The translations under genes were made by a program, and so were the position numbers. Shown in pieces: positions 34,601 through 45,299 of a stretch of 46,428 nucleotides of DNA. A model generated the notes under the pieces. That model was not told where the DNA came from. It was given only the letters and a program-made list of their open reading frames with translations, and made no database searches. Within the stretch, counting starts at the first letter, position 1. Every line of letters starts with the position of its first letter. The DNA is from Malacoraja senta (taxonomy: Eukaryota), in assembly GCA_038087875.1 (NCBI GenBank), contig JAXLNO010004364.1:1-46428 (forward strand), read 5' to 3'.

Positions 34601-35219
34601 AGGTCTTTAAAATTATGAGCGGGTTAGACAGAGTGGACGTGGATAAGCTTTTCCCATTGAGAGTAGGGAAGATTCAAACAAGGGGACATGACTTGAGAAT
34701 TAAGGGACAGAAGTTTAGGGGGAACATTAGGGGGAACTTCTTTACTCAGAGAGTGGTAGCTGTGTGGAATGAGCTTCCAGTGGAAGTGGTGGAGGCAGGT
34801 TCGATGTTATCCTTTAAAAATAGATTGGATGGGTATATGGACGGGAAAGGAATGGAGGGTTTTGGTCTGAGTGCAGGTAGATGGGACTAGGGGGAAGTAT
34901 TTATTTTTTAATTTTTTTTTTTAATTTAAAAAAAATGTTCGGCACGGACTTGAAGGGCCAAGATGGCCTGTTTCCGTGCTGTTATGGTTATATGGTTATA
35001 TGGAATGAGCTTCCAGTGGAAGTGGTGGAGGCAGGTTCGATTTTATCCTTTAAAAATAGATTGGATGGGGATATGGACGGGAAAGGAATGGAAGGTTATG
35101 GTCTGAGTGCAGGTACTGTAGATGGGACTAGGGGGAAGACAGAAGGAAAAAAAATGTACGGCATGGACTTGAAGGGCCGAGATGGCCTGTTTCCGTGCTG
35201 TAATGGTTATATGGTTATA
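31622..35219 (+). mobile_element. CR1 LINE (family A), longest copy: ORF1 end, ORF2 and duplicated 3' end
   Basis: WDGLHLNPRGNNILAGRF (esterase-like ORF1 end, 31622-31703); EN pieces; uninterrupted 638-aa RT ORF 32974-34890; tandem 3' duplication ~34998-35219. Confidence 0.93.
31938..32154. mobile_element. Inverted-pair insertion of the Penelope-like short repeat with a complete hammerhead core in the loop/right arm
   Basis: ~85-bp arms (31971-32056 / 32069-32154); core CTGAAGA-A-GGGT-TTCG-GCCC-GAAAC-GTT at 32059-32086; TSD CCTGGAAGTATGATGTTGTG at 31918-31937 and 32155-32174. Confidence 0.9.
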
Positions 35220-35247
35220 ATGCCGTCAGATGTTGGAAAGAACACAT

Positions 35248-35885
35248 TATAGTGGCGCCTACTGGCGCACACAGGTATCGAACCCGGCGTTCGGAAGCCG
35301 CGGTCACGTGACTCGGGAGGGGCTGCTTGTTTTCGCGCGGTTTTGCTCTCGCGCGCTAGTTCAGCACTGACCACCGATGTGGCCAGACATGTCCAGAGAA
35401 CCTGTTTACTGAAAAGTTAATTTTGTTCAGTTGTCGTTCTTGTAACCGCCAAATTGGTAACCCCGACCTGTCTACCCGTCGTTAGACAAGAGAATTATGC
35501 AGGAAGACAACGTTCCCGCAGAATCAGGGCTCACCGTCTTTCAAATTGCCAGCGTTTTGGCCTGACCAACCTCAGGTGTGGTTCGCCCACGTTGAGGCAC
35601 AGTTTCACCTCCATCGCATCGTAGCGGACGACATAATGTAATTCCATGTGGTGGGGGCTTTGCCGCAGGACTGTGCCTCGAGGTTGTTGCCCTACATCAG
35701 GGACCCGCCGTCCATCGCCAAATACGAAGGGCTGACGGCCCTGCTGCTCCACGCTTATGGTCTCAGCCACAGAGACAGGGCAGCGAAGCTGCTGCACATG
35801 GACAGTGTCGGCGACCGGCGGCCATCCACCATCATGGCGAAGATGTTAGCCCTGATGGACGGGCACCGCCCATGTCTGCTTTTCT
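35248..35885 (+). mobile_element. Ty3/Gypsy LTR retrotransposon 5' fragment (LTR, PBS, gag N-terminus)
   Basis: ~200-bp LTR-like block ending CA at 35451; PBS-like TGGTAACCCCGAC at 35455-35467; gag FKLPAFWPDQPQVWFAHVEAQF ... DPP..KYE.L..LL.AYGLS...GDRRPS. Confidence 0.8.
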
Positions 35886-35901
35886 GGAGCAGATGCCAGA
35901 G

Positions 35902-36927
35902 GATTGGGAAACTTTCATAGGACAACAGAAGGAAACAAAACGGGCAATACGGGCTGAAAAGATGAAGTACGAAGGGAAGCTGGCCAGGAATGTAAAGAAG
36001 GACAGTAAAAGCTTCTTTAAATATGTTAAGGGAAAAAGAGTTGCAAAGTCAAATGTGGGTCCCTTGAAGGCAGACACAGGTGAAATTATTATGGGCAACA
36101 AGGAAATGGCAGAAGAGTTGAATAGGTACTTCGGATCTGTCTTCACTAAGGAAGAGACAAACAATCTCCCAGATGTACTGAAGGACAGAGAATCTAAGGG
36201 GGTAGAGGAACTGAAAGAAATTTTCATTAGGCGAGAAATAGTATTGGGTAGGCTAATGTGACTGAAGGATGATAAATCCCCTGGGCCTGATGGTCTGCAT
36301 CCCAGGGTCCTCGGGGAGGTGGCTCTAGAAATAGTGGATGCATTGGTGATCATTTTCCAATGTTTAATAGATTCAGGATCAGTTGCTGTGGATTGGAGGA
36401 TAGCTAATGTTATCCCACTTTTCAAGAAAGGAGTGAGAGAGAAAACAGGGAATTACAGACCAATTAGCCTGACTTCGGTGGTGACATTTGGATAGCAGTA
36501 AAAGGATTAGTCCAAGTCAACAAGGATTTATGAAAGGGAAATCATGCTTGACTAATCTTCTGGAGTTTTTTGAGGATGTGACAAGTAAAATGGATGAAGG
36601 GGTGCCAGTGGATGTAGTGTATCTAGACTTTCAGAAAGCCTTTAATATGGTCCCGCACGAGAGACTGGTGACTCAAATTAGAGCACATGGTGTTGGGGGT
36701 AGGGTGTTGACATGGATAGAAAATTAGTTGGCAGACCGGACGCAAAGAGTAGGAGTGAACGGGTCCTTTTCAGATTAGCAGGCAGTGGCGAGTGGAGTGC
36801 CGCAAGGCTCGGTGTTGGGGCCGCAACTGTTTACCATATATATTAATGATTTGGAAGAGGGAATTAGGAGCAACACTAGCGAGTTTGCGGATGACACAAA
36901 ACTGGGTGGCAGTGTGAACTGTGAAGT
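35902..36927 (+). mobile_element. CR1 LINE (family B) internal fragment
   Basis: [44 protein letters not shown]. Confidence 0.9.
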
Positions 36928-37339
36928 GGATATATATGTGTGGATATATATATATGTGTGTATATATATACACATGGTAAATGGAAGCGAATTACATGGT
37001 AAATGGTAGCGAATTACATGGTAAAAGGTAGCGTATTGAGGAATGTAGTTGAACATAGGGATCTAGGAATAACTGTGCATAGTTCCCTGAAGGTGGAATC
37101 TCATATAGTTAGGGTGGTAAAGAAAACTTTTGGTGTGCTGACCTTTATAAATCAGAGCATTGAGTATAGAAGTTGGGATGTAATGTTAAAATTGTACAAG
37201 GCATTGGTGAGGCCAATTCTGGAGTATGGTGTACAATTTTGTTCGCCAAATTATAGGAAAGATGTCAACAAAATAGAGAGAGTATAGAGGAGATTTACTA
37301 GAATGTTGTCTGGGTTTCAGCAACTAAGTTACAGAGAAA
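36928..37339 (+). mobile_element. (TA/TG) microsatellite, three ~22-bp tandem copies, then a CR1 family A fragment
   Basis: 36928-36972 microsatellite; ACATGGTAAATGG(A/T)AGCGAATT repeated; RSWDVMLKLYKALVRPILEYGVQF. Confidence 0.8.
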
Positions 37340-38998
37340 CATAGAAAATAGGTGCAGGAGTAGGCCATTCGGCCCTTCGAGCCTGCACCGCCATTCAATA
37401 TTATCATGGCTCAGTATCCAACTCAGTATCCTGTACCTGCCTTCTCTCCATACCCCCTGATTCCTTTAGCCACAAGGGCCACATCTAACTCCCTCTTAAA
37501 TATAGCCTATGAACTGGCCTCAACTACCTTCTGTGGCAGAGAATTCCACAGATTCACCACTCTGTGTGAAAAATGTTTTCTCATCTCGGTCACAAAAGAC
37601 TTCTCCCTTATCCTTAAACTGTGACCCGTTGTTCTGGACTTCCCCAACATCGGGAACAATCTTCCTGCATCTAGCCTGTCCAATCCCTTAAGAATTTTGT
37701 AAGTTTCTATAAGATCCCCCCTCAATCTTCTAAATTCTAGCGAGTACAAGCCGAGTCTATCCAGTCTTTCTTCATATGAAAGTCCTGCCATCCCAGGAAT
37801 CAGTCTGGTGAACCTTCTCTGTACTCCCTCTTTGGCAAGAATGTCTTTCCTCAGATTAGGCGACCAAAACTGTACGCAATACTCCAGGTGTGGTCTCACC
37901 AAGACCCTGTACAACTGCAGTAGAACCTCCCTGCTCTTATACTCAAATTATTTTGCTATGAATGCTAACATACCATTTGCTTTCTTCACTGCCTGCTGCA
38001 CCTGCATGCCTACTTTCAATGACTGGTGTACCATGACACCCAGGTCTCGTTGCATCTCCCCTTTTCCTAATCGGCCACCATTCAGATAATAGTCTACTTT
38101 CCTGTTTTGGCCACCAAAGTGGATAACCTCACATTTATCCACATTATACTGCATCTGCCATGCATTTGCCCACTCACCCAACCTATCCAAGTCACCTTTC
38201 AGCCTCCTAGCATCCTCCTCACAGCTAACACTGCCCACCAGCTTCGTGTCATCCGCAAACTTGGAGATGTTGCATTCAATTCCCTCATCCAGATCATTAA
38301 TATATATTGTAAATAGCTGGGGTCCCAGCACACAGCACCTCACTAGTCACTGAAGAAGGGTTTCGGCCCGAAACGTCACCTATTTCCATCGCTCCATAGA
38401 TGCTGCTGCACCCGCTGAGTTTCTCCAGCATTTTTGTGTACCTCACTAGTCACTGCCTGCCATTCTGAAAAGGACCCGTTTCCTCCTACTCTTTGCTTCC
38501 TGTCTGCCAGCCAGTTCTCTATCCACATCAATACTGAACACCCAATACCGTGTGCTTTAAGTTAGCATACTAATCTCTTATATGGAACCTTGTCGAAAGC
38601 CTTCTGAAAGTCCAGATATAACACATCCACTGGTTCTCCCTGATCCACTCTACTAGTTGCATCCTCGAAAAATTCTATAAGATTCGTCAGACATGATTTA
38701 CCTTTCATAAATCCATGCTGACTTTGTCCAATGATTTCACCACTTTGCAAATGTGCTGCTATCCCATCTTTAATAACTGACTCTAGCAGTTTCCCCACTA
38801 ACTGGTCTGTAATTCCCCGTTTTCTCTCTCCCTCCCTTTTTAAAAAGTGGGGTTACATTAGCTACCCTCCAATCCTCAGGAACTACTCCAGAATCTAAAG
38901 AGTTTTGAAAAATTATCACTAATGCATCCACTATTTCTGGGGCTACTTCCTTAAGTACTCTGGGATGCAGCCTATCTGGCCCTGAGGATTTATCGGCC
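37336..38998 (-). mobile_element. CR1 LINE (family B) RT/3' fragment
   Basis: ORF pieces 38770-39015, 38562-38798, 37948-38343 and 37507-37914; CATAGAAA tail. Confidence 0.92.
38353..38439 (+). mobile_element. Penelope-like short repeat (tail-less form) with an intact hammerhead core
   Basis: CTGAAGAAGGGTTTCGGCCCGAAACGTC at 38350-38377; TSD ACCTCACTAGTCACTG at 38337-38352 and 38440-38455. Confidence 0.85.
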
Positions 38999-40210
38999 TC
39001 TCCTCCCCTCTCCATCCTTACTTCTCCTCTCCTTTACATACCTCTCCTCTTTCCCATCCTCCCTTCACCTCTCCACACATCCTCTCCTCCCCTCCCCTCT
39101 CGTCTCTTCTAAACTCCCCTCATCCACTCTCCTCTTCCCTCCCATCTCCCCTCCTCTCTCCTTCCATCCTCCCCTCCTTCCTCTCCACACCACCTCTCTC
39201 TTCTCCCCTCCTCCACTCCTCTCATCTCCGCCTCTTCACTCTCCTCTCACTCCACAACCCTCCTCCCCTCCATTCTCCCCTCCTCGCCTACATTCTCCCC
39301 TACTCTCCTCTCCTCTACCCCTACACTCCCTCTCCCTGTCGCCTCTCTCCCCTCTCCTGCCATTCTCTCCTCTCCTCTACCCTCTCCTCTCTTCTACCCT
39401 CTCCCTCCCCCTCCCTCCCCCCATCTTCTCCTCCCTCTTCTCTCCTCTCCCTCCTACCTACTCTCCTCCTTTCTCTTCTCCCCTCTCCCCCCTTCTCCTC
39501 CTCTCTCCTCTCCCCTACTCTGCCTCCCTCACCTCCCTTCTCTCCTCTCACCCCACCCCCCTCCACTCCTATACTTTCACTCTTCTATCCCCTCCCCTAC
39601 TCTTCACCCCCTCCTCTCAACTCTCTCCCCTCCCCATCCTTATTTCTCCTCTCCTTTACTTTCCTCTTCTCTCTCCCCTCCCCTCCTCTGCCCTCTTCAC
39701 TCTCCCCTCACCCCTTCTCCCCACTCTGCTTCTCTCTCCCCCTCCCTTCAAATCCAGCACCAAAGATAATATAGTGGAGGTGAGAGATTGTGCTCTACTC
39801 TCCTCTTCCCTCTCTCTCCTCTCCTGCCCTCCCCTCTCCCCTCGTCCCCACATCTCCTCTCTTTTCTTCCCCTCTCCTCCCCTGCTCTATGCTACCTCCC
39901 TCTCTCCTCTCCTTTCTCCCCCTCTCCCCTCTCCCTCACCTCTCCTCTTGCCCCTCCCCTCCCCTCCCTCTGCTCTTCTCTCCCTCCCCTCTCCTCTCTC
40001 CTCCTACCCGCTCCTCTGCATCCCCTTCTCCCCTTATCTCTCATCCCCTCTCCCCTCAAACCAGCACAAAAATAATTGCAATATGGACTAGGTGAGAGAT
40101 TGTCTCCTCTGCTCTCCCCTCCTCTCCCCTCTCTTCACCCTTCCCCTCTCCTCTCCCTCCCCTTCCCCTCTTCCTCCCCTCCATTCCTTCCTCTTCTCTC
40201 CTCTTTTTCT
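38999..40210. repeat. ~1.2-kb polypyrimidine/polypurine low-complexity tract
   Basis: Almost exclusively C/T on the plus strand, with a ~45-bp motif embedded at ~39745 and ~40050. Confidence 0.9.
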
Positions 40211-40725
40211 TTCCTTTTCAAAAACTTTATTAAGCACAAACACATGATACATCAAAAACAACAATCAGAAGTTACAATGTATCAAATAATCATTATAGTA
40301 CAATGATGCATTCATTATTTACGATACTCTCAACCCCCATGTGGTGACCAGCGCCCACGGAAGGCATCCAGAGTCCCCAAGGAACACCACGTGTTCCCTC
40401 TCCAGGGACCCGCGAGCACGTATGTAGGCCCGGAAGAGGGGCAGACAGCCGACTCTAGCATGACCATCGGACCGCCCACTGCCTGGACCCACGAATGGCC
40501 ATCTTGGCCAGGCCCAGGAGCAAACCGACAGGGAGGTCCCACCCCCGATCGGCTCTCCTCACTCCCTGCCTTGTGTCCAAACACTAGAATCATGGGACTA
40601 AAATGCAACCATAACTTGAGGAACAACCCCTTCAGATATTGGTACAGGGGCAGTAACCTCTCACACTCCATATACGCGTGGAACACGGTTTCTTCCTCAC
40701 CACAGAAAATACAGGCGGCCTGACG
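40203..40725 (-). mobile_element. 3' fragment of a second Tx1-like LINE family
   Basis: CIFCGEEETVFHAYMECERLLPLYQYLKGLFLKLWLHFSP (ORF2 C-terminal Cys/His region); AATAAA and an A-rich end on the minus strand near 40215-40230. Confidence 0.75.
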
Positions 40726-40884
40726 AGCCCGTGATCCGACCTCAAAAGTTCATTACACGCCACCACACTCTCCACATCCCAGGTCCCCAATGTAAAGGGG
40801 CTCCCTCTCCTCCCTGCTTCTCTCTCTCCCTCTCCATCAAATCCAGCACCAAAGATAATTGTAATATAGTGGAGGTGAGAATAT

Positions 40885-41687
40885 TTATGACTGCTTCCTA
40901 CGCAGTTGAAGACTTTGATCTTCCGGGCTCTGAGTTTCAATTCTGACACAAACGTTATCACCTCCACAATAAGTGTTTGAAAGCAAAATCAGCTCATGTG
41001 GCCCAAGTGACTGAGTGTGTAAACAGTGCACACACGAGAGTGAGCTGAGTGGAACTAGAGCTCATGATGCTGCTTCAGAGGACAAGTGGCAGTGCAGGTC
41101 AGTCTAGCGGCAATGAATGAATGAATCAGTCTCTTCCTCCCCCAATGATTCTGAAGTGAAACGGGAAAATACATCTAATGCAGAATTTTCATCCCAATCT
41201 GCAGCAGGAGGGGGGACCTTGATACTTCTAACCATTTATGATTTGCTCTGCTGTCGCTGGAGAGTCAGCCACTAATTTTATTTCAGGATAGTTTCTATCA
41301 ATTACTGAAACGCCTCAAAGTCTTCACTGGAGGAGTCACACCAAACTGACACTAGTCTGTGTTAAAGAAGGAACTGCAGATGCTGGAAAATCGAAGGTAC
41401 ACAAAAATGCTGGAGAAACTCAGCGGGTGCAGCAGCATCTATGGAGCGAAGGAAATAGGTAACGTTTCGGGCCGAAACCCTTCCTCAGACACTAGTCTGT
41501 AGCCATTTTGCTACAGGTATGTAGTTGCGTACTGGCCAGAACAGATATGATGACACATTCCCTTCCATGAAGTGCAGCAATGAACTATCGACATGCGTCA
41601 CCACCAACGGAAGCATTTTACGTCAGAATGCATTTATTAATAAAATTGAAATTCCCAGATCATGGGTTGGAATTTTGAGCTCATGTC
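40885..41687 (+). repeat. Inverted segmental duplicate, copy 2 (partner 6270-6928), with one extra insertion
   Basis: Direct reverse-complement match to copy 1; the insertion 41361-41487 is absent from copy 1. Confidence 0.95.
41361..41487 (-). mobile_element. Penelope-like short repeat with a CTGAGGA-variant hammerhead core
   Basis: Reverse complement CTGAGGAAGGGTTTCGGCCCGAAACGTT; TSD GACACTAGTCTGT at 41348-41360 and 41488-41500; empty site at 6457-6469. Confidence 0.9.
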
Positions 41688-42000
41688 GATTTTGAACTCA
41701 AGGTCAGCCTGCTGCCTCCAGCTCATCAAGAGACCACGCGTAGCCACACAGCCACCCTCGAATGTGTGCTCTCTGGTTTCTACCCGGACCTCATAAACGT
41801 CACTTGGGAGAAAGACGGAGCCCCGATCTCCTCCACCACCAACGCTACACCGACTGCTCTGGAGCAGGGGGGGACTTTCAGTGCTTGCCATTTCCTGACT
41901 GTGAGTTCAGAGGATTGGAAGAAAGGCTCAGTCTTCGGCTGTACAGTGTCTCATCCCCCCTCGAACACCAGTATCAGTCGGGAAGTGAAAAGCTTTCAAG
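41688..42000 (+). pseudogene. IgW-type constant exon homologous to IgNAR C2 (IgW CH3-like); open frame, acceptor doubtful
   Basis: DFELKVSLLPPAHQETTRSHTATLECVLSGFYPDLINVTWEKDGAPISSTTNATPTALEQGGTFSACHFLTVSSEDWKKGSVFGCTVSHPPSNTSISREVKSFQ|GTACGG. The PTALEQ..TFS and SHPPS motifs are as in the IgNAR C2 / IgW family. Confidence 0.85.
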
Positions 42001-42139
42001 GTACGGTGCTGGGATTCACTTTAATGAACACATCTTTTACCCCGTCACAAAATAGGGCCAGGCAAGTTTAGCACTGAAGGACAGGTGTTGCAGTGTGTGA
42101 GTGAGTGAGTGATAACCAAGAGGCCTAGACTAGGGTCAA

Positions 42140-42615
42140 GAAGAGTGAAGAGTGTTTTATTGTCATATGCCCCAGACAGGACAATGCATTTCATGCTTGC
42201 TGCAGCACAACAGAATATGTGAATATGTAAACATAGTACATAACGGGGGAAGAGAAAAATAGAAAAAGATCAATAAATAACAAATAGTGCAAATAACAAA
42301 TAATAATATAATCTTTTGCAGTTCAGAGCTCAGAGCTTATTCGTTGTGTTTAATAGCCTGATGGCTGCAGGGAAGTAGCTGTTCCTGTACCTGGACGTTA
42401 CAGTTTTCAGGCTCCTGTAACTGCTTCCTGATGGCAATGGTGAGATGAGTGTGTGGCCAGGATGGTGTGGGTCTTTGATGATTTTGGCTCCCTTTTTGAG
42501 GCAGCGACTACGATAGATCCCTTCGACGGTCCCTTCGACGGTCAGTAGTCACAACTTTTGTAGTCTTTTTCGCTCCTGGACGTTCAAGTTGCCGAACCAG
42601 GCCACGATGCAACCA
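42140..42615 (-). mobile_element. Rex1/Babar-like LINE 3' fragment
   Basis: Reverse complement reads ..AWFGNLNVQERKRLQKVV.. and HPGHTLISPLPSG; same family as 43878-44350. Confidence 0.7.
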
Positions 42616-42735
42616 GAACTAGGGCACAATGCTAAATATCTCTGTACTTTTACATCTTCAGTTTATTCCAAAACTGCTCAGTAGCCAGGACACTGAGAAG
42701 ACCAAGCCTGCTGTTCTTCAAAATTAGTGTCACAG

Positions 42736-42928
42736 GGTCAGTCCACTCATTGTTGTCGGCCCTCTGTGTGTGGCATCTCAGTCTAGTTGGCTTGCTGCTA
42801 ATTTGAAGAGTGGAGTTGAGTATTTGTACTTGTACAATTGTTTGTCGACACTGGAAAAGAGGTCCATCAGAAAGTCCATTGAGTGGATGGAGCTGGGTAC
42901 AAGCGTGTTGGCATTGGAGTGATCATGG
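42736..42928 (+). pseudogene. Possible decayed IgW CH4-like exon (5' half)
   Basis: Anchors ATC TCA GTC (ISV, 42775), TTT GAA GAG (FEE, 42802), ACA ATT GTT TGT (TIVC, 42834) and GTG GAT GGA (VDG, 42883), spaced much as in IgNAR C3 (ISVSLLKPPFEEIW...TIVC...WQVNG). Several stops and frameshifts. Confidence 0.4.
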
Positions 42929-43565
42929 AGTCATAGATTTATACAGGACGGTAACAGGCCCTTCGGCTCAGCTTGCCTTTGCCAACCAAGGTGCCCGATC
43001 TACACTAGTCCCGTCTCCCCGTGTTTGGCCTAAATCACTGATCATCTCATGTTCATGTGATAGGAGCAGAATTAGGCCATTCAGCCCATCAAGTCTACTC
43101 TGCCATTCAATCATGGCTGATCTATCTCGCCTTCCTAACCCCATTCTCTTGCCTTCTCCCCTTGACACCAATACTAATCAAGAATCAATCTATCTCTGCT
43201 TTAAAAATACCCATTGAGTGGGCCTCCACAGCCTTCTGTGGCAATGACTTCCTCAGATTCACTACCCTGTGACAAAACAAATTCCTCCTCATCTTCCTAG
43301 AGGAACCTCCTTTAATTCTGAGGCTATGGTCCTCGACTCTCCCACCAGTGGAATCATCCTCTTTACATCCGCTCAGTCCAGGCCTTTCACTATTCGTCCT
43401 ATCCATGTACCTGTCCAAATAACTTTAAAACATTGTCATAGTTTCTGCGTCAACTACCTCCTCCTGCAGCACATTCCATGTACCCAGTGCCCTCTGTGTG
43501 AAAAGGTTGCCCCTCAGATTCCCATTAAATCTGTCCCCCCTCACTTTAAACCCATGCCCTGGTTC
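42928..43565 (-). mobile_element. Nested CR1 3' fragments
   Basis: GAGTCATAGA-type tail, AGGCCATTCAGCCC motif, and HSLRIKG / FCHRVVNL on the minus strand. Confidence 0.7.
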
Positions 43566-43877
43566 TTGATTGCACTACTCTGGGTGAAGGAGCCTGGTTG
43601 TACATACGTGTGTCTAACCATCTCCTGTCAAATGTGGTTATCTCCTCTTGTGATATTGTGCCGATAGTAACAAGACCAGGCTGTGGTTAGTTGAGCAGTT
43701 GCTACTCTTGAGGAAAGGGAATGTCTCTCCAGAAAGTCACTGCTATGCAGTGTCTTGTGCAGACTGGTGTTCCAGGGTTCACATTACTCAGCCAGGGAGA
43801 GAATGTCAACTGAGAATGAAAATGGATTCCAGACCAAATTCATATCAAACATCATTTTTTGGTTAAACATAACTGGT

Positions 43878-44350
43878 TGCATCATGGCTTGGTTCGGCAA
43901 CTTGAACGTCCAGGAGCGGAAAAGAATGCAGAAAGTTGTGACCACTGCCCAGTCCATCATCGACTCTGACCTCCCTACCATCGAAGGGATCTATCGCAGT
44001 CGCTGCCTCAAAAAGGCTGCCAACATCATCAAAGATCCACACCATCCTGGCCACTCACTCATCTCTCCGTTGCCATCAGGAAGAAGATACAGGAGCTTGA
44101 AATCTGGAACATCGAGGTTCAGGAACAGCTACTTCCCCACAGCCATCAAACAAACTCTGAACAATAACAGCCTATTGCACTTTATCTGTTTATTTATTGT
44201 GTATATATATGTATATATATATGGTCTATAGACACACTGAACTTTTATCTCCTGTTCTGTATTATGTTTACATATTCTGTTGTGCTGCAGCAAGCAAGAA
44301 TTTCATTGTCCTATCTGGGACACATGACAATAAAACTCTCTTGACTCTTG
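43878..44350 (+). mobile_element. Rex1/Babar-like LINE 3' fragment
   Basis: CIMAWFGNLNVQERKRMQKVV...IIKDPHHPGHSLISPLPSGRRYRS...RFRNSYFP; AATAAA followed by a (CTCTTGA) tail. Confidence 0.8.
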
Positions 44351-44660
44351 AAATATCAATTACCAAAGTTTCAGAGCTTGCAGTTACTATGATAACATCT
44401 TTGTGTCAGGTCTGATCCTGCATGACACCTGCAGAGACCCCACAAGAGGCTACATGTGTGTTTGTGTCAATGTAACCTATGAATGTTCAATAAAGAATAT
44501 ACATGTAGTGTTGGTGTTGGTGTTCCCTGTTGGTGTGTTTTGGGAGGTGTTGCCAAGTTGGTGGGGAACACGTGACCTGGATCTAAGATTGCACATTGTC
44601 TTTCTACAGATTATGTAAATATACATGTATTAGTCTCCTCCGTCCAAAGAATAGAACATT

Positions 44661-44777
44661 CTGAATGAGGGTCTCGACCCGAAACGTCACCCATTCCTTC
44701 TATCCAGAGATGCTGCATGTCCTACAGAGTTGTGTGTCTATCTTTGGTGTAAACCAGCATCTGCAGTTCCTTCCCAC
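44661..44777 (+). mobile_element. Older Penelope-like short repeat
   Basis: CTGAATGAGGGTCTCGACCCGAAACGTC...GCATCTGCAGTTCCTTC; possible TSD ACATTC at 44656-44661 and 44778-44783. Confidence 0.75.
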
Positions 44778-45299
44778 ACATTCGTGATGAACCTTTCTGG
44801 TCTTTAAAATATTCAAAGCTAATGAACAGGGAAAGGAGTTTTGATCATCTTTGTGAATGCATTTGATAAACTCATTCAGAAAGTGGAAAGTTACAGAAGG
44901 AAGTGCCAGTGATGAGTTTTGCCTGTGGCAACGTGTTCAGGGCTGAAGCTATTCACTATATTTATTGATAGTTGAGATGTCGGATAGAAAGCCACACGAC
45001 CAAGTTTGCCGCTCACACAAGGCAAGCAGAAGTGTCAACAGAGCATCTGGATGGTATCCTTGCTGAGATAAGGATAAATGAAGTGAATGGGCAAATCTGT
45101 GGCAAGAACCAGCTCTTTAAATGTGTGTGGACCACACTCAAATACACAATAGACAATAGGTGCAGGAGTAGGCCATACGGCCCTTCGATCCAGCACCGCC
45201 AATCAATGTGATCATGGCTGATCTTCCCCAATCAGTACCCCGTTCCTGCCTTCTCCCCATATTCCCTGACTCCGCTATTTTTAAGAGCCCTATCTAGGG

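Noticed and set aside
30715-38455. Apparent targeting of hammerhead-type repeats into CR1 copies
   Set aside because: CR1 occupies a large share of the window and several copies lie in non-CR1 DNA; no evident enrichment.
39321-40306. Multiple Pro/Ser/Leu- or Glu/Arg/Gly-rich ORFs
   Set aside because: Artefacts of the C/T low-complexity tract.
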